Source: Narcine bancroftii (taxonomy: Eukaryota). Taken from it: a stretch of DNA of 60,432 nucleotides. The translations under genes were made by a program, and so were the position numbers. The stretch lies in contig NC_091475.1 in the NCBI RefSeq assembly GCF_036971445.1, forward strand, positions 198,465,569-198,526,000. The letters run 5' to 3'. The notes under the pieces were generated by a model. That model ran no database searches and had not been told where the DNA came from. It was given only the letters and a program-made list of their open reading frames with translations. Below are positions 35,641-47,500 of this stretch, piece by piece (positions within the stretch are counted from its first letter, which is position 1; each line of letters starts with the position of its first letter).

Positions 35641-37154
35641 TCTTATTCTTTACACTGATTCACAACCTTTTTTGATCTTGGGCCCACCTGGCTTCTGACC
35701 TAACGTGCCATGGCCCACTAGTGGCAATGATTGAGCAATTTTTTTCGAGTCAAAGGCAACTCTGTAAGAAACACATCTTTATCTAATTTACTATCTTATT
35801 TAGCAGTCTCTATGGCTGACATGGAAAGATGCTGTGGCCCACTGGTTGGGAATTATTACTTTAGATATTTTAGTTTTGTACATTGATGGAAAGAAAAAGG
35901 GATTTCTGGATGCCTCACTATTTCTTTACAGCAATAGGGTTACTTTTTGCAAGAGAAATGTGGATAATAATTTGATAGATAATTATTATGCAAAAAAAAT
36001 CTGCAGATTCTGAAATAAAAATTGAAAAAGCTATACTTGGGGCAAGCAATTCAGTGAAGAGTGAATATATAATAGATAATCTGTCTTTGTGATGTTAATT
36101 ATGCAATTTACATTGGCCAAGGCTCCAGATAACACTGCTTTAAGATAGTCCAATGGGATTTTTTTTACATTTCCCCTGAGAGAGCTGAAAGAAACTCCAT
36201 TTGACATCTTGCCTGAGAGGTGGTATTTTTGGCAGCGCTACCCTCCTTGAACATTGGTGTGTCAACTTTGATTTCACGTTCAAATCTTTGGATTCAAGGT
36301 TAGCAGGTTTTCAATCTCCCACTGCTTGCTCCTCTCCAACCAGGAGTCTTGTACACTGTAACCTCTTCAAATATTTAGGGATACCATACCTTGAGGCTTT
36401 TCTCAAGTAGATTTTAACCAGGAGAACAGTACGACTGCAACAACAGATTTCAGCAATTCTTGACTGAAGAGGTAGTATCTTGTTGGGTAGGACTTGAACT
36501 GGTAACTGCTGGTGGAAAATATTCTTGTGTGGAATTAAAGCAAATAGGTGATTTTATTTTTTTCCTTTTAAATGATCATAGCCAACCTATTTTTTGGTTC
36601 CATGACTTTTGTGTAAAATAGCGACATATGTCATGAGTCATGCTGTAGTACATGAAAGCAGTTTTTGATTACATGTGGCACCAGGCAGTTGTGGTAAGGT
36701 TGAAGTCATTGAAACTTTATGGCTGAAGTCATAACTTCCACCAAAAAAATGTAAATGTAAAAAATCCCATTAGACTATCTTAAAGCAATGTTATCTGGAG
36801 CCTTGGCCAATGTTATTGGCATTCAGTCGTCTCCATACCCATGTTTTGTAAGGGCAGCCTCTTGGGTTTTACTGTCACAGCCTTGGAGGAAATGTTTCTG
36901 TTCTATGATGGTCTACAACTTTGCAATCAATTTGTAAACCTTAAAATGATGAGACAATATACAGTGAAGAGTGATTTGCCTTCTCAAGTTCTGTGGGTTC
37001 TGAGCTGGCTGAAGAAGACAATGAGGGACCAACAGATTGTGCAATGTACATATGCACCAAAATTCTTTCTTGCTGCAGCCTAACAGGTACTTCAGGAAAA
37101 AAAACCTATGCATTCAAGTAATAATCAGTAATAAATATATAAGGTAAGTAATAG

Positions 37155-37390
37155 GGTGGCAAAGTTAGCGTTGTGGTTAGTGCAATGCTGTTACAGTGCT
37201 AGCAACCGAGAACGTGCTTTGAATCCCGTGCTGTCTTTAAGAAGTTTGTATGTTCTCCCTGTGTCTGTGTGGGTTTCCTCTGGGCGCTCCAGTTTCCTCC
37301 CACCGTTCATACCGTGGTTGTAGGTCAATTGGGTGTACGGGCTCGTGGGCCGAAAAAACCTGTTACCGTGCTGTATGTCTAAATTTAATT
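37155..37390 (+). mobile_element. V-SINE (HE1-like)
   Basis: TTTGAATCCCGTGCTGTC..AGTTTGTATGTTCTCCCTGTGTCTGTGTGGGTTTCCTCTGGGCGCTCCAGTTTCCTCCCAC. Confidence 0.8.
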
Positions 37391-38184
37391 TAAACATTTA
37401 GCTACCACAGTTTAAGAAAATATCTTCAGAAACTCCAGCCCATTGGTTTACACGGATTTCAAGGACACAACCAGTTATACTGTCTGGGCTGAAGGCTTTT
37501 CAGGGTTCCACCCTCCTGAAGATCCAAGGATTCCACTACAGATATGTGAGAGATGCTTGATGAAGTGGATAGGTAGTTTGGGAAATGTGTTTTCTTTCCT
37601 ATTTTTGAGCTTGGCTTTGCGAGGTCCCACTGAAAAGACTGCACTCAGTGCTATCCAGTATGAATGGTAATGGCCCAAGGATTCCCTCAATTTAATGAAG
37701 ATGTTATGCATTTTCAAAATTGAGAAATTCTATTTGCAAATTTTTTCCTGTCATGGAGTTTGGAGAGGTGGCCTTGGGGGTTTGGTGTTTTGTGAATGTC
37801 CTACCCATTGGAGTCAGCTAAGTGTAACTAAACCTTTTGTTGGGAATGTCCTGGCAGAGGGCACTGACATTGGAAAGCTTATCCAGGAAGTGAGTTTGGA
37901 TCATTTTGCAAAGATGGCATTGAGGGTACCTCTCCTGTTCATTGAGATGCTTTCTATCTATTGTTGGTCATGTATATCAAGATGTAAAAAGTTTTGCTTT
38001 TTGTGTTTTCCAGATAAGTCAACTTGTATAGCAGGTAGAGCAATAATTAATAGATGAATACATAGACAGCCATACAGAGAATAATGTTACAATGTCAAAT
38101 AGTGTAAGATATAATGTTACAAAAACAAATTGCAGGGCATGAAGATGAGTACAGTAAAAAATAGCGCAAGTGCATACCCCCACC

Positions 38185-39145
38185 CCCCCATCCCCCGCAA
38201 CTGGATCCTTGACTTCCTCTTTGGAAGATCAGTCAGTGCGAATTGGAAACAATGTCTCCTCCTCACTGATTATCAACACAGGCATACTTCAAGGATGTGT
38301 GCTTAGCCCACTGCTCTACTCGTTATACACCAATGACTGTGTGGCCAGGCACAATTCCAATGCTATCTACAAGTTTGCCGATGACACCACAGTTGTCGGC
38401 AGAATCACAAACTGCAATGAGGAAGTGTACAGGAGGGAGATAGATCAGCTCGTTGAGTGGTGTCACGCCAACAACCTTGCACTCAACGTTAACAAAACCA
38501 AGGAGATGATTGTGGACTTCAGGAGGAGGTCGGGAACATGACCCAGTCCTCAGAGGGCTCAATAGTTGAGAGGTTCAAGAACTTCAAATCCCTGGGTGTC
38601 CATGTTGATGCAATCACGAAGAAGACTCACCAGCGGCTATACTTTGTGAGGTGTTTGAGGAGATTCGGTATTGTCACCGAAGACTTTCGAAAACTTCTAC
38701 AGGTCTTCTGTGGAGAGCCATCCTGAGTGGTTGCATCATTGTCTGGTATGGAGGTGCCAACTCTCAGGACAAGTAAAAACTCCAGAGGGTTGTAAACTCA
38801 GCCTGCGTCAACACAGGCACCAGACTTCATTCCATCAGGACATCTACAAGAGTTGGTGTCTTTTTTTTTAAAAAAAAAGCATCCTGTATCCTCAAAGACC
38901 TTTTCACTCTTCGACCATCAGGAAAAAGGTACAGGAGCCTAAAGCCAAGCACTCAGTGGCACAAGGACAGCTTCTTCCCTGTTGCCATCAGATTCCTGAA
39001 TAATCAATGAACCAAAGACACTGCCTTACTTTTTGTGCACTTCTTAAAAATTTATTATTGTAAACTGGTTTATATGAATATTTGTTCTATGATTGCAGCT
39101 GCAAAGTATCACATTTTGTGTCTTGTTCATAACAATAAATTCTGA
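38185..39145 (+). mobile_element. Rex1/Babar LINE, 5'-truncated
   Basis: Translates NTGILQGCVLSPLLYSLYTNDC..KFADDTTVVGRI..WCHANNLALNVNKTKEMIVDFRR. Same family as the 26.4-kb copy. Confidence 0.9.
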
Positions 39146-39312
39146 TTTTACCATTTAAGTTTCTGATACAGGTTGAATAACCCTTATCTGAATACCTGAA
39201 ATCTGAAACGATCCAAAACTTTTTTCATCTGTGATCCCAAAAGGTAATATGTAATAGAGTTCAGAAATCCCGATCGAAGAACGGGATTATTGAGTGTAGA
39301 TTTTTCAATATA

Positions 39313-39610
39313 CAGTGAAACCTCATTAGAACGCGATTCGTTAATCCGCGGAAACGCTTATAGTGTGGGTGTTTGTGGACCCCAAACATTGATTTTGGGA
39401 TGCCAGGTTAACAGCCACAAACTCCTAAATGGACTCCTGACTCATTTGCAAGATGTGTATGTTAATATGTGGAGTTTATAGGGTTTGAGTCACGTTATTC
39501 TGTTTTCCTGCTTCCTGAATCATGATGTATATGCATTTGTTCCGCGACTCGGCTGTAACGCAATATGAAATCTTGGACCCCAGTTACTGCGTTCTAATGA
39601 GGTTTTACTT
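39313..39610. mobile_element. Tc1/mariner-pogo-type MITE
   Basis: TIRs CAGTGAAACCTCATTAGAACGC / GCGTTCTAATGAGGTTTTACT with TA on both flanks. Confidence 0.8.
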
Positions 39611-40639
39611 TATGTCTACGTCAATTAATTTTTGCTTGTGTATCTTCTGTCCGATGGAATGGGGAGAGAAAAATTTATGACTTGAGTTGGGATAGGTCCT
39701 TTGATGTGTTGAAAGGCTTCCAGAGACAGTGGGAGATATAGACAGAAAGAGTGTTTGAAGTTTATAGGAATGGCTGCTAATTAGACCGTGGGTGTTGGCT
39801 TTGAAATATTGATCTTTAAATGCTGCTTTCTTCAAGTGACCGAAGGCTGTACTGGCACTCTTTTGTAAAGAAATGATGACATTGGTGCCTTAATGTACTG
39901 GAAATGGGCCATTCATTCTGGGATTTCTTGTGGACCCTTAATGTTAGGATGTGTTTCGCATAAGAGAGCATTTCTTTAGTGTAAAACGATGATGACCGAC
40001 TGGGAGCTTGTCCTAATGTGCATGTGTGCAAGCCTGATCTCCATACGGCAGCTCTAAATGAGGTTGGAGTGTCCGAGAATCTGGTTTAAAGATGAAGAAC
40101 AATTTCCTATTGTTTTATTCAATTTTGATAGGAAGTTGAATAGGGGAAAGTTGCAGTATTAAAATAAGGAGAGTTGTTCAGGAAAGTATTGGTTCCTGCT
40201 GCTACCTCTCTATGATTGATGGGCATTCTTCCAATCATCTCTCAGCAAGGTGGACACTTCTTGGGTGTTTATGCAGGAGATGATCTTGCCAGGCATTGAA
40301 GAATCCACATGTCATGCTTATCATTGAATTTTTGCATCTCTTCCTCTTTTATCAACAATCTCTGGCAATTCCTTGGCCTTGAGGATGACTTTCACCCTGA
40401 TTTTACAGATATTGTGGTGGCTCAAAGCCATATGTGGAAACCACAGACTTCTCACCAAAAGTGCCGGTGATACAGGTTCTTCGCCTGCACCCATGTACAC
40501 CCATTTCATTCTCGGCCCCCTCCAATTCTACCGCTCATCTTGCACACTCGGGGCAATTTACGGTGGCCAATCAACCTTTCAGCCACATGTCTTTGAGGTG
40601 TGAGATGATACCAGAACATGTGGAGGAAGGTCTGCAGTA

Positions 40640-40800
40640 CAGCAAGCCTGGACCCTTATCCCTGCCCCAGGAATCGTTTGGTTCCCAAGTGTTGGTGGGG
40701 ATGTGCTTTTGAGACGTGCTTGACGTCCTCTTGGTAATCTCATCCCAAGGCAAAATGGTGTCTGACTCGGGAGTCTCATACAAAGTGCGAAGATGAAGAG
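40640..40800 (-). mobile_element. Very old RTE-like LINE remnant (may extend further)
   Basis: Peptides RLPRG and QKHIPTNTWEP resemble the RTE C-terminal R.PGGQ..KKCNIPT..WE. Confidence 0.35.
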
Positions 40801-42610
40801 GCCTGCGATGAGTAGCGAACTTAGTGTAACCTGGGTCTCAGCACTGGGAAATGCTTATCTGTCCAGCGAATTTGGAGAATCTTTAAAAGGAAGCATTGCC
40901 AGTGCTTTCCAGTACATACTTGCAGGGATCGCTGCTGACTGGTAGATTGTGGATGTTGCCCCATGATTGTTTTTGTTCTTCAAATACCATTTTCCTCAGT
41001 CGATCAAACCAAAGGGCTGTGATATCCATTGAAGGCAGTGGAGAATGTCATCACTGTTTGTCTTGGTTAAGGGGTGACCAAAATATGAAAAAAAGAACCA
41101 TGTTTTCCAAAGTCTCACGTGGAACTTTATTCTCACAGTATACTGTCTGGTGGATGTCGAGTGCAAGGCGCATGGAATGTAGCCTCCGAGCATAAATAGA
41201 CACATAAACTATATTTGCAGGTCCTTGAGATGTTTAACGTTGATTATCTTGCAGCTTTTTTTTGTGCCATTCTTTTGTTGATAATACAAATTAGCAGGAG
41301 GTGACACCAACAGTCATCAGTGTCTGTCTTGGCCTAGGGATCTGAACATCCCAATAGTTTTTAGCTGGGTGATGATCATAGCCAAACAATGACCTTTATC
41401 TTCTGACTTCCCATCCTTAAAGAAGATGCACTCCTACTTTTGTACTTGGAGCTGGCCAACTCTTGCCTATCTGTGTCAAAAGGTAAATTGGAATGATCCT
41501 TGAGCATTCTGATGTTTGTTTGGGACCTGGAATCGTGTTGTGGAGTAGAACGTCATGTGAGGGACTTCTTTTGCTGTGAGCTGGCCAGAGCAAGCTAGCT
41601 GTCACATAAGGTCAATGGCATAAAGTCCTGGTCGAGTAGCAGAGAAGCACAAGATGATACAAAAGGGTATGAGCGTGGGAACGTTTTGGTGCACAAAATT
41701 CAAGGGTGAGTTCTGGCTAAAAGGTCGTTGCCATTTACACCACCTCATCCTCCCTCTAACCCTTTTCACTACTGATCCTTCATGTCACTGAATTTCCCTG
41801 CCCCTCCCCCATCACCACCCAACACTTCTTATCCAATCTTCTTGTGTCCTACTCTGCTTTCCTCCTTTCTCTGCCCTCACTCCATCCTGTAGCATAAACA
41901 TACTCAGCCACGAAAGCAAAGTCTATCAGCCTCTTCCTCTCCATTGTTTTCTGCTGAGTATTGATAGCAGCCAAGTGAAATGCACCCGCAGTACTCTGTT
42001 GGCTGGGAAATTGTGTGCTTGAACTTACCCACCTGACTGCAGAGCATTAAGAAATTGACCTGCTGACATCAGACAGTGCCTTTGGCTGAAAATTCTTTAA
42101 GTTTATTAAGGAAGGTTCAGGGATTCTGATTCGGTCACGTGCTTCATGCAATGTTGTTGTTCCCATGGGTGTATTTGGGGAGGAATGGCAGTCATAAGAG
42201 AAATGGAGGCTGACCAGAGGTCTGTTAGAAAGAACAGGCAAAACAAGACAACAAAGCAGGTGGTGGGGTGGGGGATGGGGCAGGGGAGCAGTGTGTGCTA
42301 ATAGAATGGTAACTGAGACACAAGTAGGAAAACTGAAGAGGATCATTAGACCCTGAATCCAACTATCAATATCCTTGAGATAACTATTGTTGAAAATTAA
42401 ACTAAACCACGTCTGCTTGACTGGTGGAGAAAATTGGACAAGAAATTCAGAGACTAACCTTCCAATTTGTTAAAGATATTTTTACCACCTGTAGGATTGT
42501 TTTTAATTTATTGGTTCACAGTATATGGATGTGCTAGCAATGTTTGCACGTAAAAATAAAAGACAATTGAGAACAAATATAGACGCCTTGCAGTCTAAGA
42601 CCTGACTATA

Positions 42611-43184
42611 CAGGTGCTCCTTAACTTACGATGGGGTATGTTTTGGCAAACCCATCAAAAGTAAGTTGAAAAAGAATGCAGGAATACCTTGTATAACACT
42701 GACAGTGTTGTATTGGTACCCACACTGATTCCACTGTCTTGCTCTCTCCCCATAGCGCTGCATCAGTTCCCATACTGATCCCACTGCCCCAATCTCTTCC
42801 CTAGAGCCTTGATCAATCCCAACACCGATCCCACTGCCCAGCTCTCCCCTGACAGCGCTGTTTCGGTCCCCACACTGATCCCGTTGCCCTGTTCTCTCCC
42901 AGCAGCACTGATTCAGACCCCATACTAATCCCAATCCCCTGCTCTCTCCGGGCAGCCCTGCATCAGACTCTGCAGGCTTTTCAACTGAACTAGAAGTGAT
43001 TGATCAAGGAGGCTACAAAGAATTCATCCAAGAGGAATTATCAACATTTTTTAAAAAATCAATAATGCTTACTATTGCCTTACTTTAATGTATTACATGA
43101 AAGAAAATAATGACGGTCATTCTATTGTACCATCGTAATTTCAGAAAATTGTAATTTGGGGCATCATAAATAGGGAAGCACCTG
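42611..43184. mobile_element. Tigger-like MITE with an internal degenerate ~50-bp tandem repeat
   Basis: TIRs CAGGTGCTCCTTAACTTACGATG / CATCATAAATAGGGAAGCACCTG with TA TSDs at 42609 and 43185. CCCACACTGATCCCACTGCCC-like units at 42718-42970. Confidence 0.75.
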
Positions 43185-44589
43185 TAAATGAAAATAAGAC
43201 AAAGTACTGGTAATTAATTAGTTTGTGTCTGTGGTCACAGAAGTGATACAAAACTTGATGAATATATTGGAGATTAGAGTTTGTAGTGAAAATTAGAAAC
43301 TGAAGGAACTAACTATTCAAAATGTTGTACCAATTAATTTGGAAACCTCTAAGCTTGGTCATTTCTGAGATGCAACAATCTTTTTTTTAGTTGCATTATT
43401 GGTTAAATTATAATTTTGTTTTCCATAATATGGGCACAAGAAAGTATACCGATTGCGTCTTGATTATATTCTGTTTTGAGCATTGATCTTTAGCATTGGT
43501 GCAGCCCTAATTTTTTTAGGTTCAGGACTCGCCAGAAACAGTACTAAGGAGAAGCTGGAGCTGCCCCATGAGGTGCCAAGAGGGGTGCTCCTGCAACATT
43601 GCACTCCTGATCTTCAAGGAGGAAGCACAGAGGTTGGAATGTTGCCATGCACAAGGGTCTTCATTTAAGTAGAAAAAGGAGAGAAACTGAAAATATTTCG
43701 GTTAAAGAGAAAATAATTGTAATATATAATAGAAGCACTCAGAATCAAGTTAGATTGAGAACTGGAGGCCATTGCATTGAGCTTGGAAATTTGCCAGAGG
43801 TGAAATGAGGACAATTTTTTCTGCACATTAAGTTCTAACTTCAAATGAACTCTCTGAAAGGATGAGGGAAGCAGATTCTGCATTAACTTAAAAAAAAAAT
43901 TGGAAAGATAAGTAGGCCCTTCAGCCATTCATGTCTGTTCAGCCATTTGGTGTTGCTTTCTCTAATCTAAATCCTGAACCTGGTTACCTCTCACAAAGAT
44001 GGAATAGTAAAAGGCCATGGAGAAAAGGCAGTGGAGTGAGACTAATTGGAAAACTCTTAACAGCTCAGTGACTTCTCACTGTTGTCAATAAAATCATGAT
44101 TCTTTGCATTAACAGTTGTCGAAGTAACAAGCAGTTAAATCATCCCTCCTGGAATGTACAGGTCTTAAATAGCTTTGATAGCATTCGATGGAGCGTGCAT
44201 TCATGATTTGTTAGGATACTAATTAAGCTGACTGTAGCTTTTATCAACTTTTTAAAGTATTGTTATTAAGCTTTTGATTAAATAAGAATAAAACAGGTTA
44301 AACATTGATACTAATTTGAAATATGACATAGGAAGGAATGCAGTTATGGATTTTTGTCCATTTTTACATTTTTTTAGATCTATGAGCCCATGGTGCTCAA
44401 ATACACAATTAACATTTGGTAGATTGTTTCAGGTTATTCATCCTGGTTTTTGAAAATAAAATTAAAGTTCAGAATTTCATAATATACTTTTCTTAAATGT
44501 TCTTCCCTTCTGTTGTAGCTGCGTACGGGTTTTTGTATTTAAGTGGCACGGCTCATAGATGGGAAGGGCTAATTACCATGCTTCTCCGT

Positions 44590-47500
44590 GAATTGTCACC
44601 TTGTTGTTGTGGAGAAGCTTGATCCCAAGAGTGAGACCGTCTGGAGCTATGCTCCTGGTAGAACCGCCCATGGTGGTAAGGTCAAAGGTGAGGTCCCTGA
44701 CAACAATCTAACCAAGACCTCAATGGTGGGCGGACAAAGTTACTTTGAACTCAACGGCTGTGAAGGCAGATGAAGCCTGCACAAATCTATCAGCTCCAAT
44801 CATCATGGTTTTCATGCCACTAGAATTAGTTGTTTGATTTATAAAATATCATGAGCTGTTTGGAGTGCAACGTTAAGTACACATTAAACAGATACATACA
44901 TGGGTGTCTTTGCTCTGTGGGCTATTTCCTCAAGTCTTTTGGCAATCGGGGGAGGGTGATGGAAGCAGGCAATGTGATGGCTGGAAGTTCCAAGCCAAGA
45001 ACTGGCACAAAGACAGTGAATACTTGATTCAGTCACTCAACGTTTCGACAGAAGCAGGAAAATTGCTCGGCAGCAGTATTCATGTCTGAGCAATCCTATT
45101 TAAGATCCATTCTGCTCACCCTGAACTAGGAGGGGGCTAGAAAAGGTGCCCTAAAAATAGTCTGCTTCACCCCTGTTTTGGGAAGGTTTGTGGCTTTCAC
45201 ATGACAGCACTGACCTCTACCTCGTCAGAGGACACAACAGCTGGCAATCAAGGTTTGGTTCCACACCTTGCTGTTGGATCCATGTACATGACCTGGACTG
45301 TACTCTCCAGCCTGCCTGTACTTTGCCTTGGGGGGGTTGGCTGCTGTAATTGGATTAACCCTCCTGACACTGAGCCTTTTTTTTAAACCTGCTAACAACC
45401 TGACTGGACCTTCCAGCGCTATAAAGGTGTCATGTGTTCTTTGTTCTCCCTCTGCCATCTTGAGACCACTCTGCTTCACTCCAGGCTAGAAACTTGGAAG
45501 GGAGCTGGAGAAACTTCATTTAAGATGTGCACTGTTAAAAGGATTGGGAGTGTTTAGTGTCCCTTGTAGCATAGAGCCGTGCCTGCACTGAGTTAAGGAG
45601 TGGTGGGGCATCATAGTGATTTTTCCCTTGATCATTATGTGTATTCCCATATTCATCCAGATTCCTTGCCTTTGAGACCTACCAAACCTGTTTTCTCACT
45701 CACAACAATTGGTGCTGCGAGCAAGGTCTCGGCTGGACACAGGCATAGAGAAATGTTCTGGGTCAGGGGCAAAAAAGCTAGTGCAGGCACCGAGGATGGG
45801 AATCCCAGGTGGATATATGAGAGGGAGGGATTTGAACACTTGGCCAGCGTGCTGGCAGGCCATGGTAAACCAGTAGACTGCTCTGAGCAGTTGGACGCAC
45901 ATGGTGAGAAACTTGGGCACCATGTGGCCTCCCTCCTCAAGAAGATGGGGTTCCCCAAAGCCAAAGGGAGTCAAAAGGGGTGCCTTTTTGCTGTTTGCAT
46001 CCCTCCTGAGATGTCAGGTTGGGATTACTAACCAGATCCAGCATTTATAAAGCCAGAAGGACAGGGAGTTAGAAGAGCTCCAGCGGCACTGCTACACACT
46101 GCAGGAGGCAGTCCAGGCCGCCCAGACTCGAGCCAACGAACTTGAGGATGGGGGACTGAAGTCACCTGCAGGCTAATACAGTTGCAGCAGGTGCGGGCAG
46201 CCGACCCTGGTTCAGCATGGTAACAAACGTCATGAGGCTGGAGGTTGGGGATATATGGTTAAACAGTGATGAGGAGGGGGTGCCTGATGAGCCAAAGTCC
46301 AAAAACTACCCTTCCCACTATGCACCTGAACCTCTGCACGTTTGACCCATCACCCAAGTCCATCACCCATCACCATCGGTCCCAAGTCCACTGCAGAGAG
46401 GAGGAGGATGTGGATGACCAAGTCACCGGGGGCATGCCCATAGTCACTTTGAGACCACAGAGAAGCTTACTCAGCGGGCAGATCGCTACCACTAATGGCT
46501 GGGTGAGCTCCTGGCCAAGTGGTTGATCCGGCTGTGGGATGAGGGGGCCCCCAACTTGAACCTCTCTCATCAAAAGGCGAGCACCCTTGGGAGTCTCTCT
46601 GACCAGTAAAACATCAACAGTGCCCTTCGGGCACCATAGCCAGAGATCCAGGAAGGCACTACCCTGTGGGATCGGGTAGTGTCCACTGTGAGGGTCCAGT
46701 ACCCCATCCTCCTGGAGTGGGATCTACACCAGTGCCTGCAATGAGGTACGGTCATGAGGACACCCAGGTTATTAGAGAGTGGGTGCTAGTCAACGTCATC
46801 TACCAGGGAGTCTGCGACCGTAATTTTTTTAAAAGAAAATACCCAGGTGACCAGTGCCATAGCAGGATACCTGGACACCCGTGCGCTCTGTGTGGGATGC
46901 CATCACCCTCCTGGAAGGGCTAGAATACATGCAGTGGGGGGGGCTACACCCATGTCAGTAGGGCAGTGGTAAGGTCTGCAAACATGCAGCAGCTGTACTT
47001 GGATCTGCTGTGCATAGGGGTGGAGAGTGCCAGCATAGATAGGATCCCGACTGCTGCCATTTATGCCTTGTGGAAAGAGCTATGTTGGGGGAAATCTGGC
47101 TGGGGAAAACCTACAACCACCCTGGGATAAAACCTAGGGCTCCCCCTGCGGACACTGATGTGTTTCTCCTCCTCTTTCCCCCCCCCCCCCCACTCGAAAC
47201 AGTCTCTCCTGCCCTCAAGGAGCTCAGAGACCTGCTGAGACAGGAACTGTCCCATCTGCGCCAGTAGGAACCCTCACCCATGGGATGGTAGACTCCCCAA
47301 CCCCCCTCTTATAGAATGATGGCCAGGGCCCCCACCACATTGGTTCCATTGCCCACTCCTGCCCAGGTTACCTGAGGCCACAGTCTTAATAGTACCTTTA
47401 TCTGAATGCATTCTTAGGATTAATGTTTTAAAGGCCCTTTATACTACCTCTGGCAAGTTGGGCCATGATTGGAGATGGGGGAAAAGGGGAACCAGTTGTT

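Noticed and set aside
40793-40850. MKRPAMSS.. as the JADE3 first coding exon
   Set aside because: There is no polypyrimidine acceptor and no SSSDSSD motif, and it lies in LINE-like remnant sequence.
43520-43632. Possible internal exon (TTTTTTTAG|GTTCAGG..AGAG|GTTGGA)
   Set aside because: The donor is weak and the peptide is unrecognisable. It cannot be supported without transcript data.
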